Positions 46,901-55,853 of a stretch of DNA of 64,000 nt are shown piece after piece. Location of the stretch: contig CAZRBB010000003.1 in assembly GCA_964598205.1 (NCBI GenBank), positions 17,046-81,045 of the forward strand. The letters are read 5' to 3'. Made by a program: the position numbers and the translations under genes. Within the stretch, counting starts at the first letter, position 1. Each line of letters begins with the position of its first letter. The notes beneath the pieces are model-generated. The model was not told the DNA's origin. It did not search any database and saw only the letters and a program-made list of their open reading frames with translations. Source of the stretch: an uncultured Candidatus Saccharibacteria bacterium. Its GTDB lineage: Bacteria; Patescibacteriota; Minisyncoccia; CAIUEV01; JAHKAQ01.

Positions 46901-48300
46901 CTATTCTTGTAAATAGTTCTCGGTTTTTGGGGGTCTATAATAAAGCTTTTAAGCGCTGCTCGACCAATAATTGCCTTACACTTTAGCTCTCTTCGATCGG
47001 CAATGGTAGCGGGAACTTCAAAAGAAACGCCTCCCAATGACAGGCTAATCCGTACTTTAGGGCGAAGGGTTTTTCCATTAGCAGAAAGAACACTAACTGC
47101 TCCCAAAAAAAGAGGATGAGTTTTTAGCTTTTCTTTTTTGGCGTGGTTATTGAAGTAAGGGTTAAAGCTTTCTAAGATTTCCCCAAAACCCAAAGATTCG
47201 GCTAGCTCAGAACAAATAGAAGTAGAATAGGCGCCAGTGTCTATTTTAGCCTCGACTGTTTTTTCTAGATTAGATAGAGGGTTTTTTACAGTAATAGATT
47301 CAAAAATTCCAATAATTTTCCTTCCAGTAAGATCTTCTATGTCTTCTTCTATTTCTCCGCCAAAAAGATCTTGTCCTACACGAACACCTCTTTTAGCCGA
47401 GATTATTTTAAGCCCCTCTACCTTGTTTAGTCTAGATTTTAACGGAGCAAGGTTGGCAATTTGAATGCCCAGTCCTGGTCGGGCATTGAGTTCTGCAACA
47501 ATAGGGCCTCTTTCTCTGTCGATCATAATATCTACTCCCAAATATCCAATTCCGGAAAGCTGTTGTGTTTTAATGGACATTTCTAGAACTTCTTGCCAAA
47601 AAGGGATGGCGATTCCTGAAAGAGAAAGACGGGTTTTGGGAACCTTTTCTAAAAAGAATTCTTTCTGGGTGGCCATGTTTCGAGTAATGGCAGTGGTGGT
47701 GATTCCAGTGGCTAGATCTATCCCAGCACAGATCCCTCCCAGATGAAGATTGGCTCGACCGCCAGACTGCTCGGTAGGGAGTCTTAGCATGGCCATTATT
47801 GGAACATTGTTAAAAACAATAACGCGAATGTCTGGAATTCCCCGAAAACAATAGGGCTTGAAAAGTTTAATAATTCGAACCCTTTCTTCAAAGAAGGCAG
47901 AGTCAACAACCCCAGACAACGAATAGTTTCCTTCTAGGATATTGATAATGTGTGTTTTTAAGTCTTGGACAGAGACTTCTTGTTTGTCTGCTTTTACCCA
48001 GTTACCGTTTTTTTTCTTTCCATAAACAACAATAATCCCTTCGCCTCCAAGACCTTTGTTTGGTTTAAGGGCAAAGGAGCTGGGTAGATTTTCCCAATTA
48101 AAAGAATCAAGCTCTTTTAGGCTGGAGATTTTTCCTATTAAAGAGGAAACAGGAATATTGTTTTTTCGGAGTAGTCGTTTGGTTAGGAGTTTGTTGTCGG
48201 CAAACTTCCGCGCTCCCTTTTTGTTATAGGGCCGGGTATATTCTAGATTGCGGGAGTTCATCCCCAAAAGCTGGCTACTTTTTTTCAGGAATTTCAACAT
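46897..48300 (-). CDS. Alpha-L-glutamate-ligase-related ATP-grasp enzyme fused to a C-terminal retropepsin-like (DTGA, clan AA/DUF785-type) domain
   Basis: ATP-grasp motifs (ANLHLGGICAGIDL, GYLGVDIMIDRERGPIVAELNARPG) followed by KIDTGAYSTSI and a beta-rich tail typical of the putative ATP-dependent zinc protease/retropepsin-like family. Confidence 0.65.
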   Translation of the reverse strand: MLKFLKKSSQLLGMNSRNLEYTRPYNKKGARKFADNKLLTKRLLRKNNIPVSSLIGKISSLKELDSFNWENLPSSFALKPNKGLGGEGIIVVYGKKKNGNWVKADKQEVSVQDLKTHIINILEGNYSLSGVVDSAFFEERVRIIKLFKPYCFRGIPDIRVIVFNNVPIMAMLRLPTEQSGGRANLHLGGICAGIDLATGITTTAITRNMATQKEFFLEKVPKTRLSLSGIAIPFWQEVLEMSIKTQQLSGIGYLGVDIMIDRERGPIVAELNARPGLGIQIANLAPLKSRLNKVEGLKIISAKRGVRVGQDLFGGEIEEDIEDLTGRKIIGIFESITVKNPLSNLEKTVEAKIDTGAYSTSICSELAESLGFGEILESFNPYFNNHAKKEKLKTHPLFLGAVSVLSANGKTLRPKVRISLSLGGVSFEVPATIADRRELKCKAIIGRAALKSFIIDPQKPRTIYKNR

Positions 48301-48934
48301 TTTTTATAACTTCTTTGAACCTAAAATATTCAGAAAAACGAAGACCTGTCCATTTTCCTAGGGCAATATTAAAGAGAATAACTAAAATAATAAGCCAAGG
48401 ATAACTAAGTAAAAGTGTTCGCAAAAAATCGGCACTAGCTACAAAGTAGGCCAGAATGGAAAGAAGAAGTGTTTCTAAGGACAAAAAAATAGCCGTTTTG
48501 GCCCCCTTTTCTATTTGAACCAAAATAAACTTTTCCATTAAAGTGATCATGATTAAAAGAGGGAAAATAGAGACCGAGGCTAAGCCAGTTCTTTTAAAAT
48601 AACCTCCAAGCATTAATACAAAAAAAATGGCTACAGAAACAAGGGAGAGCATAATAGATACTCGAGGAAGGTGCAGTAAGCGAAACCCCTTAAGAGTAAT
48701 GCGAGAAATGGTTCCAGCTATTAAAATGATTAGAAAAAGGAAAACTCCATATTTTAGTCCAGTGGAAAGGAAGGCAATGGCGATAATAGACGGAGTGTAA
48801 ATACCAAAAGCCTTAATTCCAATAACTTGCCTGGCAATTGCCATGGTAGTTACAATCAGGGGGAAAATTAAAATTAGTTCAATGGTTTCTTGGGGAACGC
48901 CTTGGGTTGATGCAAACCTAACAATGTTGTGCAT
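48275..48934 (-). CDS. Seven-TM membrane protein (partner of the ATP-grasp/retropepsin module)
   Basis: 219 aa with seven predicted hydrophobic helices; first gene of the overlapping operon. Confidence 0.5.
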   Translation of the reverse strand: MHNIVRFASTQGVPQETIELILIFPLIVTTMAIARQVIGIKAFGIYTPSIIAIAFLSTGLKYGVFLFLIILIAGTISRITLKGFRLLHLPRVSIMLSLVSVAIFFVLMLGGYFKRTGLASVSIFPLLIMITLMEKFILVQIEKGAKTAIFLSLETLLLSILAYFVASADFLRTLLLSYPWLIILVILFNIALGKWTGLRFSEYFRFKEVIKNVEIPEKK

Positions 48935-48993
48935 TTTTGAAGATTAATAAAAATCGCTATTAGCTTATACTTTAGCAAAAAGAAAAACAAGAA

Positions 48994-49464
48994 TTAAAGG
49001 CGAGAATTAAAATGGCAAAGAGAGGCAGCGAGGGCGTCGGAAGCGTCGTCTAGCATGGAACATTTTTGAAGACCTAGAATAGTAGTGACCATTTTTAATA
49101 CTTGATTTTTATCGGCTCGACCATAGCCAACCACTGCCTGCTTGATTTGTAGCGGAGTGTACTCAAAGACGTCAAGACCTGCTTCTTTGACGGTTAAAAT
49201 AAGAACCCCTCTGGCGGCGGCCACTGCCATTGCGGTCTTGGAATTCTTGGCAAAAAAAAGACTTTCTATTGAGGCTACTGTTGGGTGGTATTGCTTGATG
49301 ATTTTTCTAAGATCTTTTTTGATCTGACAAAGACGTTCGGGAAAACAGTCGTTCTTAGAGGTGGTAATACAGCCAAAGTCTAAAACATTAAAAGAGCGTT
49401 CTTTAGAAAGAACACCATAGCCAACTCTTGCAAATCCAGGGTCAAGACCTAAAACAATTTTCAT
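48994..49464 (-). CDS. ruvC: Holliday junction resolvase RuvC
   Basis: MKIVLGLDPGFARVGYGV N-terminus and RNase H-fold catalytic residues. Confidence 0.9.
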   Translation of the reverse strand: MKIVLGLDPGFARVGYGVLSKERSFNVLDFGCITTSKNDCFPERLCQIKKDLRKIIKQYHPTVASIESLFFAKNSKTAMAVAAARGVLILTVKEAGLDVFEYTPLQIKQAVVGYGRADKNQVLKMVTTILGLQKCSMLDDASDALAASLCHFNSRL

Positions 49465-49472
49465 AGATAGGG

Positions 49473-51398
49473 CTAAAAATTAAAAACAGAAAACAAAAAG
49501 TTAACAAAATAATTCTTAAGATTCAAGAGGGACAGGCTGTTTTTGGGTTTTTTAAGAGAAAGAGGATTGTTGAACATTTCTTTTGATTCTTTTGTTGGCG
49601 GCTGGGTTTTTAAAAGGGTGTTTGCTGGTTCATTGTTGGTCACGGTCTTTTGTTGGGAAGCGGTGGTTTTTTGCGTGGCCAGCATTAAGGATTGGTTGAT
49701 AGAAATAGATGTTTTAATTTCTTTTATGCTGTTTGTGATTATTTTTTTTCCACCGAGAGAATCTTCTTCCAATATCCCTTTTACCTTAAAAGAAGAGTTT
49801 TTCTTTATTGCTAAAAGGTCCTGATCGATCTGTGGAGGAAATTCTAGAAGAAGTTCGAATCCATTTTTGTTTTTAATTAAAAAGCGCTTGTTTTTAGCAT
49901 AGGAGATTGTTCCAGAAAATTCAACCAAAGAAGCAACAAGAGGGGAACAGTCTTTTTTGCTAAGGCAAATATCTAAAGATGCTTCGTTGAGTTTTTTTTG
50001 ACCGTCTGCTCTTGCTTGTTCTTCTTTTTCCGATTTAAGGAAAAGACGATCGTTGTTTTTATAAAGAGTGCCAGAAATAATGAGCCGATCTTGTTCTTGG
50101 AAGGAATGAATATAGCCTGTTTTTACAAGAATACCGCCACCGTTGAGCTGTAAATAAAAACCGCTTTTACCAAAAGGAGAGGCAAGAGAAGAAACCGTTC
50201 CCACAATAAGAACAGAAGAAAGGTTGGGCTTTTTTTTTAGGGAAGTAAAATGGCTTTGGGCTTGGTCGGTCTTTGTTAGGAAATCTTTAGGAAAAATAAG
50301 TTCACGAGAGGAGCCCGAAAGAGTGGCCGATTCCGTGCTTGGTGTGGCAGAGCTTGATGGACAGGACTCTTCTAGGCATTCAGGGTTGATCCAAAAAAGA
50401 TAGCCATCGTTATTTTTAAAGAAAACCTTATTTTCTTTGGCTGACTCTTTAAAAGAAAGAGAATTGATTAATGTCTTGTTTGGGGCAACCAGGGAAATGG
50501 TTTCCGAAGAATTATGAAGGTCAAAACCAAAGAAGTTTCCGAATAGCTGTATTGTTTTTTTAGGACCAAGAATAAGGTCTGTGTTGAAAATAAAATCATC
50601 TTCGCTTTGATTAAGAAGCTTCCAGTTATAAAGATTAACATTAAAATTGTTGGGGTTTGAAATAACGACAAACTCTTTTTCTTTTGTGTCTAGGCCAGAG
50701 GGGTTTGGGAAAATTGCCTGAACTACAAGAGAAGGATAGCTGTTTGTTTTTTCTTGAGCTGATAATAACGATGGATTTGATGGTTCGGCGGAGGAATTCG
50801 TAGTGGCGTTGGGTGGATCGGTGGTGTCACTGGAGGACCCTGGCAAGATAGAGGTTGGGTTAAGGGAAGAATCTTTTGGTGCTGTTCCGGGAGTGCCGTA
50901 TTCAGAATTTTCCAAAAGAGAGGTGCTTGCCTTCCAAAGATTGGAGCTTGGGAAAAACTCCAAAGAAACGCCTTCTTTTACTGATGATGCTTGATATTCC
51001 AAGGAGGAGCATTCTTTTTGTTCTGATCCAAAAATAATTTTCCCACCAGAATTAACCAGAGAAAGCTTTTCGTATTGATAAAAACAGGGAATGTTTTTTT
51101 GAGAAAGAGCTTCTTTGTTTCTGCAGGCAACAGAATAAGAGAGTGGTTCTAAGAAAAAATCTTCTTTAATGGTAAAGGAAGATTGATTGGCAATAAGGGT
51201 AAGATCTTTTAAATTTACAGCAACAGCAGATTCATTAAAAAGCTCCAACCATTCTCCCTCAGTATCGGAAAAAATGGCGGGGTTAATCATTGCTTCGCTT
51301 AAGACGACTCCCGGTGGGCAATCGGCAGCGAAGGTTGCCGAGGGGAAGAAAGACCAAATACTTCCAAAAAATAAAACAGAAAAAAATAATGGCTTCAT
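49473..51398 (-). CDS. Secreted protein with two lamin-tail (LTD) domains and a Ser/Thr-rich linker
   Basis: Signal peptide; LTD motifs (EAMINP ... EWLELFN ... VNLKDLTL; and IFPNPSG ... EFVVISNP ... VNLYNWKL); low-complexity S/T-rich region. Confidence 0.6.
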   Translation of the reverse strand: MKPLFFSVLFFGSIWSFFPSATFAADCPPGVVLSEAMINPAIFSDTEGEWLELFNESAVAVNLKDLTLIANQSSFTIKEDFFLEPLSYSVACRNKEALSQKNIPCFYQYEKLSLVNSGGKIIFGSEQKECSSLEYQASSVKEGVSLEFFPSSNLWKASTSLLENSEYGTPGTAPKDSSLNPTSILPGSSSDTTDPPNATTNSSAEPSNPSLLSAQEKTNSYPSLVVQAIFPNPSGLDTKEKEFVVISNPNNFNVNLYNWKLLNQSEDDFIFNTDLILGPKKTIQLFGNFFGFDLHNSSETISLVAPNKTLINSLSFKESAKENKVFFKNNDGYLFWINPECLEESCPSSSATPSTESATLSGSSRELIFPKDFLTKTDQAQSHFTSLKKKPNLSSVLIVGTVSSLASPFGKSGFYLQLNGGGILVKTGYIHSFQEQDRLIISGTLYKNNDRLFLKSEKEEQARADGQKKLNEASLDICLSKKDCSPLVASLVEFSGTISYAKNKRFLIKNKNGFELLLEFPPQIDQDLLAIKKNSSFKVKGILEEDSLGGKKIITNSIKEIKTSISINQSLMLATQKTTASQQKTVTNNEPANTLLKTQPPTKESKEMFNNPLSLKKPKNSLSLLNLKNYFVNFLFSVFNF

Positions 51399-51468
51399 TT
51401 TTTTAAATTAATAAAGCCATTGTTGCAAAATAAAATAAACTTTTTTTAAAAAACAATTAAAATTAAAA

Positions 51469-52494
51469 TTAAAATAACTTTTCCGGGCTTAGGCCCAAAT
51501 GGGAATAAGCTTCTGGGGTAGCAATTCTTCCCCTAGGAGTTCTTTCTAAGAAACCGATTTTTATTAAATAAGGCTCATAGACTTCTTCTAGTGTATCTTT
51601 TTCTTCTCCGGTGGCAGCGGCTAGAGCAGAAATGCCGGCTGGGCCACCATTAAACTTTTTGATTAATACATCTAAAAGCAAGCGATCGGCGTTTTCCAGC
51701 CCTGTTTCGTCTATCTCTAGCATTTTAAAAGCTATCTGGGCGATTTTATGGTCAATAGTGCCGGTTCCTTTGATTTGGGAAATATCCCGAACTCTCTTTA
51801 GTAGTCGATTAGCTACGCGCGGATTTTTCCGGCTGCATTTGGCGATTAAAGAAAGCCCGTCTTTTTCGATAGGAACTTTTAAAAGCTTGCCAGAGCGTTC
51901 AATGATTTGGCTGATTTCTTGATCAGAATAAAAATCAAGTCGGTAAGAAATGCCGAACCGGCTTCTTAGGGGAGAAGAGATAAGGCCAGCACGAGTGGTG
52001 GCACCGATTAGAGTAAATCGAGGAAGATCTAGTTGTAGTGTTTTAGCAGAAGGACCTTTACCAATAATAATGTCTAGTTTATAGTCTTCCATTGCCGGAT
52101 AAAGAGCTTCTTCTACTAGCTTGTTTATTCGATGAATTTCGTCAATAAATAAAACATCTCCATCTTCTAGGTTGGTTAGAATAGAGGCTAAGTCTCCAAC
52201 TCTCTCTATTGCAGGGCCAGAGGTGGGTTTAAAATTTTTGCCCATTTCATTGGCAATGACATGAGAAAGGGTGGTTTTACCAAGGCCGGCTGGGCCATGA
52301 ATTAAAACATGTTCCAAGGATTCCTGTCTCTTTTTGGCAGCTTCAATAAAAATTTTTAGGTTTTCCTTAATTTGTGATTGGCCAATATAATCCGCAATTG
52401 TTTGGGGTCGCAAAGTGAACTCCAGTTGGGGGTCCTTTTCGGAAGCAGAAAATATTTTTTCTTTCTTTTCTTTTTTAAATGAAGATTCAATCAT
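51469..52494 (-). CDS. ruvB: Holliday junction branch-migration helicase RuvB
   Basis: Walker [11 protein letters not shown]; 341 aa. Confidence 0.95.
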   Translation of the reverse strand: MIESSFKKEKKEKIFSASEKDPQLEFTLRPQTIADYIGQSQIKENLKIFIEAAKKRQESLEHVLIHGPAGLGKTTLSHVIANEMGKNFKPTSGPAIERVGDLASILTNLEDGDVLFIDEIHRINKLVEEALYPAMEDYKLDIIIGKGPSAKTLQLDLPRFTLIGATTRAGLISSPLRSRFGISYRLDFYSDQEISQIIERSGKLLKVPIEKDGLSLIAKCSRKNPRVANRLLKRVRDISQIKGTGTIDHKIAQIAFKMLEIDETGLENADRLLLDVLIKKFNGGPAGISALAAATGEEKDTLEEVYEPYLIKIGFLERTPRGRIATPEAYSHLGLSPEKLF

Positions 52495-52550
52495 CTTGAC
52501 TTTATTTTAAAGATGAGCTAGTATATTTTGTTCTATTAAAAATTTCCTAT

Positions 52551-52697
52551 TTGGTTCTGTGGACATAGGGGTCTTTACATTAAAGGCCCAGGAAGTTAGC
52601 CTAGATTTCAGGGCTTTTCGGTTTCGACTGGATTGTTCCTCGGGTTGATTTTTCTCCTTGCGTTTTCAGCGAGAATGTGTCTACAGAATTAAGCAGG
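52551..52697. other. Candidate structured ncRNA (~147 nt) closed by an 11-bp terminal helix in a 212-nt spacer
   Basis: TTCTGTGGACA at 52551-52561 pairs with TGTCTACAGAA at 52687-52697 (one G-U). An internal helix AAAGGCCC ... GGGCTTT is also present. The spacer is GC-richer than its flanks. The strand is undetermined. Confidence 0.3.
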
Positions 52698-52705
52698 AAA
52701 TTTTT

Positions 52706-55700
52706 TTATTCTTCTGTAGCGCGAATAATTTCTGCCATACTAGTAATTCCTTCAACTACTTTTAGGACACCGTCTTGAGCCATCGTCAACATGCCTTCGG
52801 AAACGGCTTGCTTTAGAATAACAGAAGTGGTGGAGAAACGGGAAATTAATTCTTCTAGGGCTTCGGACATGACCATTACCTCTGTGACCGGAGCAATCCC
52901 GGAATAGCCAGTATTTTTACACTTAAGGCAACCTACGGGAACAAAAATTTGTTCTATTTTTTGAGGGATAGCAATATGAGCCGTTTCGGGAATGCTTCTG
53001 ATAACGGTTTTTATTTTTTCTAAAACTTCTGGACTGGGGTTTTCGGCTCTTTTGCATTCTGGGCAGAGGCGACGAACTAGTCGTTGTGCCATTAGGGCAT
53101 TAGTGGCAGAAGCAATGTCGGAAGGGTCAATGTTCATGTTAAGCAACCGCTGGACAGAAGCTACTGCATTGTTGGTGTGAAGGGATGAGAGAACTAAATG
53201 GCCAGTCAGAGAAGCTTGGATAGCAATCTTGGCAGTTTCTTCGTCTCTGATTTCTCCAATCATTAGAACATCTGGGTTTTGACGGAGCAGTGCGCGAAGA
53301 GCGCTGGAAAAATCGTAACCTTCTTCGGTGTTGATTTGAGTTTGCAGAACGCCCTTTAGGCGGTATTCAATTGGGTCTTCTACGGTGATTATTTTTCGTT
53401 CAGGAGTATTGATTTTATTTAACAGAGAATAAAGAGTAGTAGTCTTTCCACTACCGGTGGGGCCAGTGTTTAAGATAATTCCATTGGGTTTCTCTACTTC
53501 AGCCAAGAGTCGGCTTAAGGTTTCCGACCGAATCCCTATTGCATTAATGTCTAGAGAACGAGCTGATTTATGAAGAAGTCTAATCACAACGGTTTCCCCA
53601 TATCCTCCTGTAATAATAGAAACACGAGCGTCAATTTCTTGGTCGGCAATATTTTCTAGAGGGATTTTGAGCTTAATACCAAAACGACTATCGCGGACGG
53701 CCTGATGAGAGCTAGCTTTAAAGCCGGAAAGGTTTTTAATTCTTCCAAGAAGAGGGAAATAAGTGTTGCCGGAAATGGAGCCAATGTCTTGGAGAATGCC
53801 ATCAATGCGGAAACGAATTTTTACCCCATCTCCTTCTGGTTCAAGGTGGATGTCTCCTGCATCAAAATACAGTGCTCCACCAATAACATATTCTAGAGAG
53901 TTTTGATTGGTGGCGCTTGTAATTAAGGCGGCTAGGGCCTGAGGATTGAACTTTGTTTTGAAAACATCTTTTAGCTGATCTTCTTCTAAAACGATTTGCA
54001 AAGAAAGAAGGCGACTCATTACATTGTCGTAAATTTCTTTTAAAAACTCTCCAGAACCAGTGGCTCGCTGAATTTCTTCCATGCTTGTTTCTCCAGTAAC
54101 GGCCTTAAGAATGCCGTCTTGCAAAAGAGTTACCATACCATCTTCCATGGCAGCGCTGAGAATATCGGAATCGGGCTTCATTTCTATAATTAAGTCTTCA
54201 ATGTTTTTATTTATTTCTAAAACCTCGAAAATGCCGATACGCCCTCGATATCCTAAGCTATGACACTTAGGACAACCAACGGCCCGAAAAAGAGTCTTAA
54301 TGTCTTTAGGGATTTCTAAGTTGGCCTTGGGAGAAATAATGGAAAGAAATTGGCCGATGGTTTCTAGGGTTCCCGAGGCGGGAACATATTCTTCCTTGCA
54401 GTCAGGACATAGGCGGCGAACTAAGCGTTGAGCAATAATGATATTGCAAGAAGGGCCGATTAGAGATGGTCGAACACCTAAGTCGACTAATCGGGGAATG
54501 GCGCCAGAAGAAGAGTTGGCATGAACAGTGGAAAAAACTAAATGGCCAGTGAGAGCAGCGTGGGTGGCAATGTCGGCGGTTTCTTCGTCTCTAATTTCTC
54601 CTACCAAGATAACATCGGGGTCTTGCCGGACAATAGAGCGAAGTCCCGTGGCAAAATCATAGCCTCTCTCTTTGTGAACTTGGGTTTGGGAAATGCCTGG
54701 TAACTTATATTCGATTGGATCTTCTATGGTAATGATTTTAGTGGAAGGAGAATTAACTCTTTTAAGACAAGCATAAAGAGTGGTTGTTTTACCGCTACCG
54801 GTGGGCCCAGTATTGAGAATCATCCCGTTAGGCTTTTCTATTTGTCCAAGCAATTGATCAAGAGCTCTGCCTCTTAATCCCATTTGGTCTAGGTCAACAC
54901 TAGACATGTCTTGGTTTAAAAGACGCATTACAATATTTTCTCCAAAGTTTCCCGGCAAAAGGGAGACTCTAACATCTACCGAGCCTAGTGCGGCATCTTC
55001 TAAATTTATTTCGAAGCGTCCGTCTTGAGCTTGGTCTTTAATGTTTAGCTTAAGCTGAGCAATCATTTTTACTCGAGAAAGAACATAAGGATAGACTCGG
55101 TACGGAACAAAACAGATGTTTTGCAAGACTCCGTCAATACGATAACGGAGGCGAACATTTTCTTTTTGAGGTTCCAAGTGAATATCGCTAGAGCTAACCT
55201 TGAGTGCTCCGGCAATTATAATGTTTAGGATTTTAGTGGTGGGGAGTTCTAGGATTTTTCGCTGAAGGTTGGATAACTCTTTAATTTCTTCTTCGAATTC
55301 GGCCAAGTCTTTTCCGGAAAGATTGATTTTTGTTTCTTCTAAAAATCCGCCTAAGTTAAAAACTTTGTATTTTTGAAGAGTGCGATTAAAGCCGGTTTTA
55401 GAAACGATGTAAAATCGACAAAGAAATCCTTCTTTTTTTTCTAAGTCGTAAACCGCTTTTTGGGTCATTGGATCCTTGGGGTTCAATGTGGCTACTTTTA
55501 GATTTTTTCCTGATCGCTGAATAATTAGAAGACCGGAATTTCTGGAAAAATCCTCACTGACAGTGTTTAGGGTGTCTATATCTACTGGGAAAATATTTAA
55601 ATCCAAGTAGGGCAACTTTTGTTTGGCAGCAAAAAAAGCAGTTTGTTCTTCTTCAGAATAAGAACGAACTTGTCGCGAGACATCTTGATATGGTAGTTCG

Positions 55701-55744
55701 TTAAATTGTGTTTCTTCTCCTGATTTTTTTTGGATAATAACCAC
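52706..55744 (-). CDS. pilB: Tandem-fused double type II/IV secretion ATPase (two complete GspE/PilB modules in one 1012-aa protein)
   Basis: Two GspII_E N-domains; two Walker A boxes (GPTGSGKTTTLYACL and GPTGSGKTTTLYSLL); two tetracysteine zinc motifs (CPDCK ... CPKCH and CPECK ... CLKCK). Confidence 0.85.
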   Translation of the reverse strand: MVIIQKKSGEETQFNELPYQDVSRQVRSYSEEEQTAFFAAKQKLPYLDLNIFPVDIDTLNTVSEDFSRNSGLLIIQRSGKNLKVATLNPKDPMTQKAVYDLEKKEGFLCRFYIVSKTGFNRTLQKYKVFNLGGFLEETKINLSGKDLAEFEEEIKELSNLQRKILELPTTKILNIIIAGALKVSSSDIHLEPQKENVRLRYRIDGVLQNICFVPYRVYPYVLSRVKMIAQLKLNIKDQAQDGRFEINLEDAALGSVDVRVSLLPGNFGENIVMRLLNQDMSSVDLDQMGLRGRALDQLLGQIEKPNGMILNTGPTGSGKTTTLYACLKRVNSPSTKIITIEDPIEYKLPGISQTQVHKERGYDFATGLRSIVRQDPDVILVGEIRDEETADIATHAALTGHLVFSTVHANSSSGAIPRLVDLGVRPSLIGPSCNIIIAQRLVRRLCPDCKEEYVPASGTLETIGQFLSIISPKANLEIPKDIKTLFRAVGCPKCHSLGYRGRIGIFEVLEINKNIEDLIIEMKPDSDILSAAMEDGMVTLLQDGILKAVTGETSMEEIQRATGSGEFLKEIYDNVMSRLLSLQIVLEEDQLKDVFKTKFNPQALAALITSATNQNSLEYVIGGALYFDAGDIHLEPEGDGVKIRFRIDGILQDIGSISGNTYFPLLGRIKNLSGFKASSHQAVRDSRFGIKLKIPLENIADQEIDARVSIITGGYGETVVIRLLHKSARSLDINAIGIRSETLSRLLAEVEKPNGIILNTGPTGSGKTTTLYSLLNKINTPERKIITVEDPIEYRLKGVLQTQINTEEGYDFSSALRALLRQNPDVLMIGEIRDEETAKIAIQASLTGHLVLSSLHTNNAVASVQRLLNMNIDPSDIASATNALMAQRLVRRLCPECKRAENPSPEVLEKIKTVIRSIPETAHIAIPQKIEQIFVPVGCLKCKNTGYSGIAPVTEVMVMSEALEELISRFSTTSVILKQAVSEGMLTMAQDGVLKVVEGITSMAEIIRATEE

Positions 55745-55853
55745 AGTTTTTGTTTAATGGGTGTATTTTTTGAAAGTTTATCTAAAAAAAGAGCTTTCGG
55801 CAAAGAAAGTTAGATGGGTTTACTTTTTTGTTTAAGCTAGATACAATTTTTTT

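Noticed and set aside
55745-55853. Possible purine riboswitch upstream of guaA
   Set aside because: The spacer is only ~108 nt and lacks the conserved purine-riboswitch P1/J2-3 sequence features recognisable by eye. A near-consensus -10 (TACAAT) just before the ATG suggests a simple promoter.
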